Shown here one piece after another: positions 11,177 through 24,474 of a DNA stretch of 64,000 nt. The first letter of the stretch is position 1. Every line of letters begins with the position of its first letter. The translations under genes and the position numbers were made by a program. A model generated the notes under the pieces. That model was not told the DNA's origin and did no database searches. It was given only the letters and a program-made list of their open reading frames with translations. Location: NCBI GenBank assembly GCA_963758295.1, contig CAVWUU010000004.1, positions 512,001-576,000 on the forward strand. The letters are read 5' to 3'. This stretch comes from Candidatus Eremiobacteria bacterium. GTDB lineage: Bacteria > Vulcanimicrobiota > Vulcanimicrobiia > Vulcanimicrobiales > Vulcanimicrobiaceae.

Positions 11177-11949
11177 TGTCGCCCTGAGCTTGTCGAAGGG
11201 CAGACGAATCCGGGGTGTCGCTGGTATCCGCCTGTCCTTCGACAAGCTCAGGATGACGGGGGGACAACGTCATGTCGAGTATACGCTCGTCCTTCGACAC
11301 GCTCACGATGACGAAACACAACGTCATGGTGAGCTTGTCGAACCAGAGGCGCATCCGGGGCAATGCGGATATGCGCTCGTCCTTCGACAAGCTCAGGATG
11401 ACGGGGGACAACCGTCATGGTGAGCTTGTCGAACCAGAGGCGCATCCGGGGCGATGCGAAGATGCGCGCGTCCTTCGACAAGCTCAGGATGACGGGGGGA
11501 CAACGTCATGGTGGGCGTGTCGAACCGGAGGCGCATCCGGGGCGATGCGAAGATGCGCTCGTCCTTCGACGAGCTGAGGATGACAAAGGGACAACGTCAT
11601 GGTGAGCTTGTCGAACCAGAGGCGCATCCGGGGCAATGCGAAGATGCCGTCGTCCTTCGACAAGCTCAGGATGACGAAACACAACGTCATGGTGAGCTTG
11701 TCGAACCAGAGGCGCATCCGGGGCGATGCGAAGATACGCGCGTCCTTCGACAAGCTCAGGATGACGGGGGGACAACGTCATGGTGGGCGTGTCGAACCAG
11801 AGGCGCATCCGGGGCGATGCTGATATGCGCTCGTCCTTCGACAAGCTCAGGATGACAGGGGGACAACGTCATGGTGAGCTTGTCGAACCAGAGGCGCATC
11901 CGGGGCGATGCTGATATGCGCTCGTCCTTCGACAAGCGCGTGACGGGGG
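11177..11949. repeat. Tandem array of about 91-bp BIME-like units, each an inverted pair of CGTC-tagged REP palindromes
   Basis: Units CGTCATGGTG(A/G)GC(T/G)TGTCGAACC...TCCTTCGACAAGCTCAGGATGAC start at 11322, 11413, 11504, 11595, 11685, 11776 and 11867; degenerate units start near 11177 and 11268. Lies between convergent genes. Confidence 0.9.
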
Positions 11950-12510
11950 TCAGGTTTTAGAGCAAGTTTCGGCGGCGTGAACGACGCGCCCGGAAGTCTC
12001 CGTGAACGTCGTGGTCATGGTTTTTTTCGTATCGCTGACCTTTGACATGACTTCGGGCGCATAAGACGCAACGTTGGGTGACCTGCTTTGAATGGCGAAC
12101 GTGTACGTCTTCTTTCCGGACATCGGCTCGGGCGCGGTTGCGACGGAATAACCCCCCAATTCGCCCATGACGATTCGCACCCACCGTTTCGAATACGGGT
12201 CGAACGTATACTTCGTTTGTGACTTGATTTCGCGCGGAATCCATGAGGCCGTATGAACGGTTAGGTCGCGAACGAGCCAATATCCCGAGGGGTCCATTGA
12301 ATACACTTCAGTCGTTTTGAACGGACCAGGACGGCGCGAACTCACATCGGTGCAAGTCCACGTTCCGATGAGAAATTGCATGGAAGAGAAGTCCGGCTTT
12401 GGAGGCACGGGCGGCGGCGTACCCTCGATGTTCGTAGCGGCGATCGCACTCGCGCAGGCGACGAACACCAACCCACCCAGGGCACAGAAGAAACGGCGAG
12501 AAGCTCGCAT
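11950..12510 (-). CDS. Secreted hypothetical protein (beta-barrel-like)
   Basis: Signal peptide, PKPDFSSMQFLIGTWTC; AGGAG upstream. Confidence 0.7.
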   Translation of the reverse strand: MRASRRFFCALGGLVFVACASAIAATNIEGTPPPVPPKPDFSSMQFLIGTWTCTDVSSRRPGPFKTTEVYSMDPSGYWLVRDLTVHTASWIPREIKSQTKYTFDPYSKRWVRIVMGELGGYSVATAPEPMSGKKTYTFAIQSRSPNVASYAPEVMSKVSDTKKTMTTTFTETSGRVVHAAETCSKT

Positions 12511-12584
12511 TGGCTAAGCCCTCCTTACAAGATACCCCTTTTCGAACGCAACGCCGCCAATGCCTAGGAGTACGTTGGTACGGA

Positions 12585-13118
12585 CTACGGCGTCCGCGCT
12601 TTATGAATCTCCGCGAGGGCCTCCAGGCGTAGTTCCATTGCGTCGATCACGATGTCTGCAAGACGCTGAAGAATGTCGGCTTGTTGCGGCGAGAACATGC
12701 GTGGCTCTTTATCGATCACGCACAGCGTCCCCAACCGATGTCCACCCGACGTGCGCAGTGAGGCGGCAGCGTAAAACTGCAGTCCGAAAGAACCGCGAAC
12801 CAGCGGATTGGCGAGCGTGCGGGGATCCTGCCGCGCTTCCTCCACGATATAGGGCGTGTCCTGAAGGACGGCCGAAGCGCAAAGTCCAGGATCGCGGCCG
12901 ATCTCTTCGACGCCGTCAATGCCGTAGCGGGACTTGAACCAAATCCGATCTTCGTCGACGAGCGTCACGAGGGCGATGGGTACGTCGAAGAGTTTCGCCG
13001 CGAGTTCCGTAATGCGGTCGAACGCTCCGTCGCGCGGCGTGTCGAGAAGATTAAAACGGCGAAGCTCCGCGAGGCGTGCTGCTTCTTGTGTCGGATCGAT
13101 AAGAAGATCAGTTGACAA
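12585..13118 (-). CDS. Stand-alone GAF domain protein
   Basis: RLAELRRFNLLDTP, FDRITELAAKLFDVPIALVTLVD, FYAAASL, LGTLCVID. Confidence 0.85.
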   Translation of the reverse strand: MSTDLLIDPTQEAARLAELRRFNLLDTPRDGAFDRITELAAKLFDVPIALVTLVDEDRIWFKSRYGIDGVEEIGRDPGLCASAVLQDTPYIVEEARQDPRTLANPLVRGSFGLQFYAAASLRTSGGHRLGTLCVIDKEPRMFSPQQADILQRLADIVIDAMELRLEALAEIHKARTP

Positions 13119-14631
13119 ATCGTTTCTCCATGCTCTTGAGTTTCAACGTTACTCGAGTGTGACTTCCGCCTCCGGCTCTCGGCTCTACGCTGAAGCGTTC
13201 GGCAAAATTTGAAATCAAAAAGAGCCCGCGGCCGCCTTCTGCAAAGAGATCGTTAGGAAGTTGGGGAGCGCAGTAAAATCCCTGCCCTTTGTCTAGCACG
13301 TGCAGCACCGGTAATTGCGCGCATTGTAGGATAAACGTTACCGTGCCGGGCGCATGACGTTTGATATTTGCAATAAGCTCGGCAAAAATCATTCGAAAGT
13401 TAAAGAGAGCGCCTTCCTCAATACCGGCCTCAGTTATCAGATGCGATTCTATCTCCGCTCGAGCTCGAAGCGCCACGTCGCTCCATTGTGGATTGAAGCG
13501 CCAACGAAGTATCGGCGCATGTTCGTCTACCGCCACTGAAAGCATTGCAACGTCGTCTCGGGCGTGCAGGGGCAACAGCGTATTGTAGAGATACGTGGCA
13601 ATGCTTCCACCGGTCGGATCGACGGTTGCGAAGGCTTCGTATAGAGCGCGCTCGCCGGCAATGACGTCTTGTGAGTGCTCGATGAGGCCGTCGGTGTAGG
13701 CTAAGAGTACGGAGCCCGAAGGTAGCGACGTGGCCTGGGCCTCAAAGTCGGTATCGAAGTCGAACGGTAAGCCGATCGGCGGTACGCAGGCGCGCAAGGC
13801 TCGTATTTGCCCGTCCTCTTCACGAATGAGCGGAGACGGATGGCCGCAGTTCACGTACGTAAGAATCTGCGTTGCCGGATCCACGACGCCCACGACGAGC
13901 GTGGCGAAGCGTTCGGGATGCTGCGTTCGCATGATGCGGTCGGCAGCTCTAACCATCAACACCGGATTTGCGTACACCTCGGCAACGCCGCGGATGGCTT
14001 GACGCACGGCGAGCATCGCTACGGCGGCATGCAATCCCGAGCCGAGCACGTCACCGACCGATATGACGATCCGGCCGTCGGCCGTCGTAAAGACATCGTA
14101 CCAGTCACCGCCGACTTGCGCCTCGGCCCGGCCTGCTTGATATACCGCATCAAGCCGGTAACCTTGAATCGCAGGTAATTCGGTCGATAAGGCCGCGTGT
14201 TGAAACGCCCAAGAGACATTACGCTCCCGTTCGAAACCTGCAACAATGCCCATGATCGTTGCAGCTCTTTCGCACAACACCACAGCGAAGGCGCGTGCGG
14301 ATTGTTGAGCGGGACTAAGAAACAGCGAGCCGATCGTGAAGCCGTCGTCGATCACCGTGTAGGCTATCGGGGCATGCGCCAACTCACCGGCTACTTCGAC
14401 ACTCCTGCCCGCCAAGGCGTCTGACGGCACAAAGCCCGCACCGGTTGCGTGCGCCGGAACGCAGAAAGAGCACCAGGATCGCACGCAGTCTGCCAGGGAC
14501 TTACAGCGGCTCAGGCGATCGAGCATCGCGTCCAAAACGGCAAACTCGGCGCGCGTCAGAGATTGAACCTCTGCGCGATCGTGCGCCCCGGCGGGCTGAT
14601 ACATCGAGACGGATTTTTCCCATGCACGCAC
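13108..14631 (-). CDS. SpoIIE/RsbU-type PP2C phosphatase fused to a C-terminal HATPase (anti-sigma factor-like) domain
   Basis: VGGDWYD, VGDVLGSG, YTDGL, DDVAML; then ELIANIKRHA, DKGQGF, EGGRGLFLI. The start may be ATG 14604. Confidence 0.85.
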   Translation of the reverse strand: MRAWEKSVSMYQPAGAHDRAEVQSLTRAEFAVLDAMLDRLSRCKSLADCVRSWCSFCVPAHATGAGFVPSDALAGRSVEVAGELAHAPIAYTVIDDGFTIGSLFLSPAQQSARAFAVVLCERAATIMGIVAGFERERNVSWAFQHAALSTELPAIQGYRLDAVYQAGRAEAQVGGDWYDVFTTADGRIVISVGDVLGSGLHAAVAMLAVRQAIRGVAEVYANPVLMVRAADRIMRTQHPERFATLVVGVVDPATQILTYVNCGHPSPLIREEDGQIRALRACVPPIGLPFDFDTDFEAQATSLPSGSVLLAYTDGLIEHSQDVIAGERALYEAFATVDPTGGSIATYLYNTLLPLHARDDVAMLSVAVDEHAPILRWRFNPQWSDVALRARAEIESHLITEAGIEEGALFNFRMIFAELIANIKRHAPGTVTFILQCAQLPVLHVLDKGQGFYCAPQLPNDLFAEGGRGLFLISNFAERFSVEPRAGGGSHTRVTLKLKSMEKRFVN

Positions 14632-14668
14632 TGCCTGAAACTCGCTTGCTCCGGGCGGGACTGATTCG

Positions 14669-14702
14669 AAAAAAAAGCCCGGCGATATTTCGCCGGGCTT
14701 TT
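14669..14702 (-). terminator. Intrinsic terminator after rpoC (potentially bidirectional)
   Basis: AAAAAAAAGCCCGGCGA-tat-TTCGCCGGGCTTTT-type hairpin with a long U tract on the minus strand. Confidence 0.85.
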
Positions 14703-14717
14703 CTGTTGTAGTGAGGA

Positions 14718-18503
<3,786 letters not shown>

Positions 18504-18620
18504 GGTTACTCCGTATGAGTACGGTGCCGAAGTCTCCAGCCTACGCAGGGCGCATGTCTCACGTTGTCTCGTAAGCAGTCCCACCGTCGCCGGTCACTTT
18601 TGACCCCGGGAAAGCACAAA

Positions 18621-18674
18621 CGCACACAAAAGGACATGGCTCGTCAGCCTTCCTTAGTATGCAAAGTTCTTCTA
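18621..18674 (-). promoter_or_regulatory. rpoC 5' leader element (hairpin with GACG loop followed by UUUUGUGUGCG), similar to the rpoB leader
   Basis: mRNA UAGAAGAA...AAGGAAGGCU-GACG-AGCCAUGUCCUUUUGUGUGCG. Confidence 0.5.
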
Positions 18675-18694
18675 GGGTCGGGGCACAGACCGGA

Positions 18695-18723
18695 ATTATA
18701 CCACGACCGCCCCTCCATGTCAC
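18695..18723 (-). promoter_or_regulatory. sigma70-type promoter of rpoC
   Basis: Minus strand GTGACA (18723-18718), 17-nt spacer, TGg-TATAAT (18700-18695; extended -10). Confidence 0.75.
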
Positions 18724-18850
18724 CACGCGCACCGTCATCCAGAGCCTGTCGAGCGGCCGGCGCGCATCGCGGAGCGTTCGCTCGTGCAGCAGAGCTACCA
18801 AGGCGCCAACCGGCTAGCTCCCCAGCTGGCTGGCCTGACGTATAATGCGG

Positions 18851-19102
18851 TTACAAATGCTGCAGCTTTGAAAGATCCGAGGCGACGTCTCGGTACAACG
18901 TGCGGGTAGCCTGTGCCAATATCTCAAGCACCCGAAAGAGGGCGTCACCCGAAATCGTTATGGCTTGCCAGTCGACCGCCGCGTGACGATGTACGAGCGC
19001 GTAGGTGTCATTGCCTATGTCGAAAATCGCAAATTCGCCTGATTCTGCGATCAACGTTGCGCGATCGAGTACCGTGGCATCGATGCCGGTCACCAGTTTC
19101 AT
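18851..19102 (-). CDS. Small hypothetical protein
   Basis: AGGAGG SD before ATG 19102 (MKLVTGIDATVLDRA...), directly downstream of the Mo-oxidoreductase gene. Confidence 0.6.
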   Translation of the reverse strand: MKLVTGIDATVLDRATLIAESGEFAIFDIGNDTYALVHRHAAVDWQAITISGDALFRVLEILAQATRTLYRDVASDLSKLQHL

Positions 19103-19115
19103 ACGTGCCTTCCTC

Positions 19116-20861
19116 CTAGATGTACGGCAAGAGGTCGAAGTATTCTTGATCTTCGTTGGATCCGCCGTAGCCTTCGCCGATGTTCTTCTCGGTCTCAACG
19201 AAGCGAATCTCGCGAATCCATTTAACCATTTTGAAACCGAGCTGGTTTTCGACCCGTAAGCGTATCGGCGCGCCGTGCCCGCGCGAAAGCGGCGCGTCGT
19301 TCATCTCGTAGGCAAGAAGGCACTCTGGCTTCGCAACATCCTGCATCCGTTGGGTGTCGTAGTAAGTCCCTCCAAATGTGCCTTCGCCGAACGAGATAAA
19401 CTGGACGACCCGGGCGCTCGGCAGCGGTTTCACTAGCTCGATAAGGCGCACCATGGAAATGCCTCCCCACTGCGCGATTCCGCTCCAACCTTGAATGCAG
19501 TGATGCAACGACACGTGTTCATCGTGTCCGATTGCGCGGATCTCGGCGATGCTCAACTCGACTGGATTTTCAACACACCCGGTGACGCGCAGGCGATAGC
19601 CGCGAAACTCGTCGGCCGCGAGATGGCTCCATTCATCGCTATCAGGCAGCCGGCCGTTCAGCCAGAAATATGGCGAGACGTCGCTGCGAGTATAGCGTTC
19701 GGCGGGGTTAAAGCGGGGGCAGGCCGCCATGGCGCGCTCGAGCGGGAAGATGAGCGCTTTGTGCGCGCGCTGGATCAAACGCGGGTACTTCCACGCGACC
19801 ACGTGTGCGACAAACCACGAGACGACCACTACACCCAAGCCAACGCAGCCAAGGATGAGTCCGAGCGGGTGCGTGTCGTCGGTGCCCAAAACGATGTGGT
19901 TAAAATTTCGCTGCGCTCCGGTTGAAAAAACAAGGCTTACGTGCACGACCGTAAAGACGGCGTATCCACACAGAAGCAAGAAATGGACCGAGCGGGCACC
20001 TTGACGGCCTCCGAATATCCGTGGATACCAAGGAAAAGCGTTGTCGATTGCGGGCGACATCGCAATACCCGTCAGGATGGAAAGCGGCGCCAATATGAAG
20101 ACGACGCCGAAGTACGAAAGCTGCTGGAGCGCGTTGTACGCGTAGAAGCCGTTCGGCTCGACGGGTAAGTGAACTGTCGCATACTGCGCAAACGTCTGCC
20201 ATGCGTACGGAAGAATGGCCCACGACGTAGGGATCAAGCGCGGCCACCGTCCGCTTAGGAAGAGCATGGCGATATAGACCACACCCGTGAAGACAAAGCC
20301 GTAGTCCGTAACAAAATGCCATGATCTTCCCATTCCGGGCGTGTGCTTGTAGCCGGGCAACGCGATGAGCGGCGAAATGTAGCGAGCGTCGTCTCTCGCG
20401 GTCCACACACGGTCTGTCGGAATATCATTCGGCGTAAAGCGCAACCAATCTGTTCCGGGCGTGCAATGGTCGTTCCAGTACAGTCGTGGATGGTCCATAA
20501 GGATCGATAAGCCACTGCGTATCAGCAGAGCAAGGAAGAACAAAGTCGCAAAGTGTGTCCAGCGAACCCATATCGGAAAGCCGCTCTGCGCCCCGCTTGC
20601 CGTGACCGCGGGGACGTTGTCCAGCGGTGCTAATTTGGAGTGGATCCCAAAGATCAGTACTTGCAACCAAGCCAGCACGATTGGCACCGCGATCATCACT
20701 GCGAGCCAAATGATGCATCGCAGCGACGTAATGGCGACCATGCGACGATCGTCGGGCACATGAAGTTTTCGATGCGCTTGGTCAAAAACGAACATTTGCG
20801 TCGTACTCGAAGAGCAAATCATAGCGCACGGGGACGGCACGTACCCCAAAAGCGCCGTCAT
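19116..20861 (-). CDS. Cytochrome b-like membrane domain fused to a sulfite-oxidase-family molybdopterin oxidoreductase (MsrPQ-like)
   Basis: RWTH, HPRLYWN, RSWHF, YNALQQLSY, RSVHF; HHCIQGWS (Mo-ligating Cys), LAYEMN, HGAPIRL, GFKMVKW. Start uncertain. Confidence 0.85.
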   Translation of the reverse strand: MTALLGYVPSPCAMICSSSTTQMFVFDQAHRKLHVPDDRRMVAITSLRCIIWLAVMIAVPIVLAWLQVLIFGIHSKLAPLDNVPAVTASGAQSGFPIWVRWTHFATLFFLALLIRSGLSILMDHPRLYWNDHCTPGTDWLRFTPNDIPTDRVWTARDDARYISPLIALPGYKHTPGMGRSWHFVTDYGFVFTGVVYIAMLFLSGRWPRLIPTSWAILPYAWQTFAQYATVHLPVEPNGFYAYNALQQLSYFGVVFILAPLSILTGIAMSPAIDNAFPWYPRIFGGRQGARSVHFLLLCGYAVFTVVHVSLVFSTGAQRNFNHIVLGTDDTHPLGLILGCVGLGVVVVSWFVAHVVAWKYPRLIQRAHKALIFPLERAMAACPRFNPAERYTRSDVSPYFWLNGRLPDSDEWSHLAADEFRGYRLRVTGCVENPVELSIAEIRAIGHDEHVSLHHCIQGWSGIAQWGGISMVRLIELVKPLPSARVVQFISFGEGTFGGTYYDTQRMQDVAKPECLLAYEMNDAPLSRGHGAPIRLRVENQLGFKMVKWIREIRFVETEKNIGEGYGGSNEDQEYFDLLPYI

Positions 20862-21110
20862 AATTACGTCGGACGTCTCGTCCCAGACTGTAGTACCTCA
20901 CAGTCATTCGCGTTAGCAATAGCAGGTCAACTCTACCGAGTGGTCGCTGATGAAGGACGCACGAGCGGCGAAAGCACGGAGATTTGATCGAGCTTTGAAC
21001 ATGATGGTATTTGCGGTAGGCTTTTCGCCGGGCGATACGGTCAGATCGGTCCACACCATCGAATTCGGCCCCCCGCATAGTCGGCTGATGCCCTATCTGT
21101 CTTACGGTTT

Positions 21111-21245
21111 TCAGAACTCGGGTTCATCAAGGCCGTCACCAGGCGCTTTCGATCGGACTTTCGTGACGAAGTCGCGCGCGAGCCCACCCTCATTTTCCAA
21201 GCCGGCAAGAGCGTCTTCCAACGCTTCGGCTTCTTCGCGTTCCAT
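21111..21245 (-). CDS. Possible 44-aa acidic peptide
   Basis: MEREEAEALEDALAGLENEGGLARDFVTKVRSKAPGDGLDEPEF; below the ORF-track length cutoff. Confidence 0.35.
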   Translation of the reverse strand: MEREEAEALEDALAGLENEGGLARDFVTKVRSKAPGDGLDEPEF

Positions 21246-21379
21246 GGAACCTAAACCGATCTGGGCCTATCGACGCGTCCCGAGTGCCGACAGTCCCACA
21301 ACCATTATACATACCAGGCATTCCCAGAAATAAGAAAGAGAGCGCGTAGCGCTCCCTTTCGTTTTCGGCATGCCTGTTT

Positions 21380-21826
21380 CTACGCGCTGACGGTCGCGGA
21401 CATGCGATGCGGGATCGAGCGGCCTTCCTCGAGGTCGAGAAGGTCCGGCCATGTCCTCACGTCTTTACGATCGGGAGCGATCTTGTCCCGCAATTGGTTG
21501 AAATGCTCCAAGGACTCACCCGACGGTGTTTGCGTTAGACAGAGCTTATTAAACTCACCGATCTGCTGCGGCGTCTTTTTCGCAAGGAACCCCTTGACGT
21601 AATTCTCGATCTCGGAATCCTGCTTCGCATTGGTAACGACTTTGAGATACTCAACGTCATTCATCCCGAGGAAATCGAACAGGCCTTTATCCATCGAGGA
21701 ATTATATTCGTATTCGCCGATGGTGCCGTGCGCTGCGGCTTGCGCTTTATCGGTCGTGCGGCCGAGTTGCACAATCCCGAGGAATTTGTCGCGAACGCTG
21801 CGCGGCGTGCCTTTGGTCAGATCCAT
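21380..21826 (-). CDS. DUF5069 family protein
   Basis: MDLTKGTPRS...LGRTTDKAQA..HGTIGEYEY..MDKGLFDFLG...DLLDLEEGR, recalled family pattern; AAGGA SD. Confidence 0.7.
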   Translation of the reverse strand: MDLTKGTPRSVRDKFLGIVQLGRTTDKAQAAAHGTIGEYEYNSSMDKGLFDFLGMNDVEYLKVVTNAKQDSEIENYVKGFLAKKTPQQIGEFNKLCLTQTPSGESLEHFNQLRDKIAPDRKDVRTWPDLLDLEEGRSIPHRMSATVSA

Positions 21827-21956
21827 ATGGTTTTCTTTTCTGTAAATCACGAGTGCGTTTAAATGAGCACTTGTGCATTCGTAGTGACGTCCGCCACACC
21901 ACGATAAGTTGCACTCGCATCGAGAAAAGAAAAAGTCAATAAATACCAGGTGTTTT

Positions 21957-22337
21957 TCAATGATTGGACGACGTCAAGCGCTCGCCGTGCGACGGAGCCG
22001 GCCCAATCGCCGCGCGCTCGTAACACATACTATCTACGATCTTTACAGCTGAATGGAACGACTCGGCCAGAACCTGTCCGATCTTCTGATTCCATTGCGA
22101 CTGGGCCCACGCGTGCCGCGTCTGCCAGCGCGTAACGATAATAACGCTCGTCTCGTCATCCGCCTCTAATATCTGCGCATCGAGAAAGCCCGGTAGACCC
22201 GCTACGTCGTCCCGGAGGTGTTGCGCCGCGCGCTCTGAGAATTCGCCGCTCTCGTTTGGATTCAAGGTCGCCGCCAACAGATAAACGACGGTTCCGTCTT
22301 TGCCGCTGCTGCGATCGCTCGGAAATTGCTCGGCCAT
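21957..22337 (-). CDS. Antibiotic biosynthesis monooxygenase (ABM)-like dimeric alpha-beta barrel protein
   Basis: GLPGFLDAQIL...IIVTRWQT..AW pattern; GGAG SD. Confidence 0.65.
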   Translation of the reverse strand: MAEQFPSDRSSGKDGTVVYLLAATLNPNESGEFSERAAQHLRDDVAGLPGFLDAQILEADDETSVIIVTRWQTRHAWAQSQWNQKIGQVLAESFHSAVKIVDSMCYERAAIGPAPSHGERLTSSNH

Positions 22338-22371
22338 CAATTACTCCTTGTTCTGCGGAATCCGGATAGAC

Positions 22372-23241
22372 TCAGGCCGGTACCTTTGCGCCGTTTGACG
22401 ACGCCTCGCTCGCATTGCTTTGCATGATCTGCAGGAACGGCTTGATGAGGTCGATCGGCATCGGGAAAACGATGGTGGAGTTCTGCTCGCCACCGACTTC
22501 GGTAAGCGTTTGCAAGTAGCGCAGCTGCATTGCCGACGGGTCTCTTGAAAGAATTTGCGCTGCATTGAGCAGGGTCTGCGCGGCTTGAAATTCCGCTTCC
22601 GCGTGAATAACCTTTGCGCGCCGGTCACGCTCCGCTTCGGCTTGCTTTGCGATCGAACGGATCATGTTTTCGGTGAGGGTTACTTCGCGAATCTCGACGC
22701 TGATAACTTTGATACCCCAAGATTCGGTTTGCACGTCCAGCGTTTTCTGGACGTCGGCATTGAGCTCGTCGCGTTTGGCGAGCATCTCATCGAGTTCATG
22801 CTGTCCAAGGACCGAGCGAAGCGTCGTTTGCGCGAGCATATTCGTAGCACCCAGGAAGTTTTCGACTTGGATGATCGCCCTTTCTGCATCTACCACACGG
22901 AAATACAGTATGGCATCGACCTTCAGCGAAACATTATCTCGCGAGATTACATCTTGAGCGGGCACTTCCATGACCACAGTGCGCAAATCAACTCGCACGA
23001 TTTGCTGAACAAGCGGAATGATAAGAATGAGCCCCGGACCCCTGACGGCTTCAAAGCGTCCGAGACGAAAAACGACGGCGCGTTCATACTCGCGGAGAAT
23101 CTTTACGCTCGAAAAGAGCAATATCAACGCGATTACGTAGAGCGGCACGAACAATAGCGATAGAAACATCGGAGCCCCCTTCGCATGCTTAGACGCTGGC
23201 GGCTCAACGAAATGCGGCGCGGGCGCAAACTGCGGTATCAC
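22372..23241 (-). CDS. SPFH/stomatin (slipin) family protein
   Basis: EYERAVVFRLGR, GPGL, QDVISRDNV, QTTLRSVLG, QAEAERDRRAKVI, QLRYLQTL. Confidence 0.9.
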   Translation of the reverse strand: MIPQFAPAPHFVEPPASKHAKGAPMFLSLLFVPLYVIALILLFSSVKILREYERAVVFRLGRFEAVRGPGLILIIPLVQQIVRVDLRTVVMEVPAQDVISRDNVSLKVDAILYFRVVDAERAIIQVENFLGATNMLAQTTLRSVLGQHELDEMLAKRDELNADVQKTLDVQTESWGIKVISVEIREVTLTENMIRSIAKQAEAERDRRAKVIHAEAEFQAAQTLLNAAQILSRDPSAMQLRYLQTLTEVGGEQNSTIVFPMPIDLIKPFLQIMQSNASEASSNGAKVPA

Positions 23242-23295
23242 AATCGTAGCCCTGACGCGTCTTAAGTGGTATCCTGGAATACCCGGAACGTCGAG

Positions 23296-24264
23296 TTAAA
23301 GACCGCTTCGGTGATGGCCCAACACCTTTGCAATTAGCTCGGATCTGTTGCGGGACTCCGTCTTTTCCAGCATGCTCTTAATATGGTCTTGGACTGTTGA
23401 CGATGCGATGTGCATCATCTCCGCAACCTCGTCGAGGGTGGCCCCCCTCAAAAGGTGCGCGAGAGTCTCCAGTTCGCGCGGAGACAGATTGAATGCACGT
23501 GCCGCTCTGTTGAAGACCTGACCGCCCGGCGGACGCTCCAGCAAAACGCCAACGAAAAGTCCTGTGACCCCCGAGAGCGGCTGGACGCGAACGGTGAGAA
23601 ACGGGACGGGCTGTACCACCGCAATGGCCTGCTGGTCGGCGGTCCATGTCTTGATAACGTCGCGTACAGCGTCCTCGATTGCCGGCGGTAAGCGTTGCGC
23701 AAGGCACGCATGAAGCGCAGTAATCGCTGCAGTCCGCCCCTCCTCAGCATCCCAGGAAAGGATGACCGCTAGGTCGCGATCGAGGACGTACATTGCCGTC
23801 TGATCGAGCTTGTGCGCAGGTGCTGTGGCAGGCGACGCTTCCGCGATTGGAAGGCCTGAAAGTCGATCCGTCGACGAGTCTAGGGCCAGGGCGAGCGCCT
23901 GGATTTCTGCGGACGTGAAAGAGCCGAGCTCCTCCGTGCGCAGGAGGCTCAGCAATCCGAATTCCCGTCGCATGCCCGCGAACACGAGCGTGATTCCGCT
24001 GAGATAGGGCTTTTGGAGGGTACGGAGCGTGGCTGCCAGTCGGGGACCCTTAGTCGTCTGTTCCCGCTGCAATCGGAGTTCTGCTCTTAAGTATTCGAAC
24101 TCATCGCGGCGATTCTCGCTCTCGTGGGACGAGATCAACTGATCGTTGGGTCCGGCATCCTTAAAACGCGCGAAGCTCCAATGCGACACGTGGACGACGC
24201 TCAATATCTCGGCAATGAGCACGCGCGCGGGATCATCGTTGGCGAGCGTTTCAATCGCTGCCAC
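23296..24264 (-). CDS. LuxR-type HTH transcriptional regulator with N-terminal sensor (GAF-like) region
   Basis: C-terminal LSPRELETLAHLLRGATLDEVAEMMHIASSTVQDHIKSML. Confidence 0.8.
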   Translation of the reverse strand: MAAIETLANDDPARVLIAEILSVVHVSHWSFARFKDAGPNDQLISSHESENRRDEFEYLRAELRLQREQTTKGPRLAATLRTLQKPYLSGITLVFAGMRREFGLLSLLRTEELGSFTSAEIQALALALDSSTDRLSGLPIAEASPATAPAHKLDQTAMYVLDRDLAVILSWDAEEGRTAAITALHACLAQRLPPAIEDAVRDVIKTWTADQQAIAVVQPVPFLTVRVQPLSGVTGLFVGVLLERPPGGQVFNRAARAFNLSPRELETLAHLLRGATLDEVAEMMHIASSTVQDHIKSMLEKTESRNRSELIAKVLGHHRSGL

Positions 24265-24355
24265 ATCCGCCTCCTCAAGGCGGATGCGCTTGTCGATGCT
24301 CAGAGTGACGAAGCCTCGAAGCCACGTCTCGTCAAGGCAAGCGCTGCTAAGCTGT

Positions 24356-24393
24356 CCATGATTTCCACGATTACCACGATTACCAGCATACCA
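24356..24393. repeat. Short 9-bp tandem repeats, possible operator
   Basis: CCATGATTT CCACGATTA CCACGATTA CCAGCATA CCA, between two divergent regulators. Confidence 0.4.
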
Positions 24394-24474
24394 GAACCAT
24401 GAGAAACTACGTGCAGGGCCTCTCTAAGCGCCCTTCCAGTCGCTCTTCGGCGGAGCCGAGAAGTCAAGGAACTC

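Noticed and set aside
11177..11949. CRISPR array
   Set aside because: The intervening sequences are near-identical rather than unique spacers, the repeats alternate in orientation, and no cas genes are present; REP/BIME-like instead.
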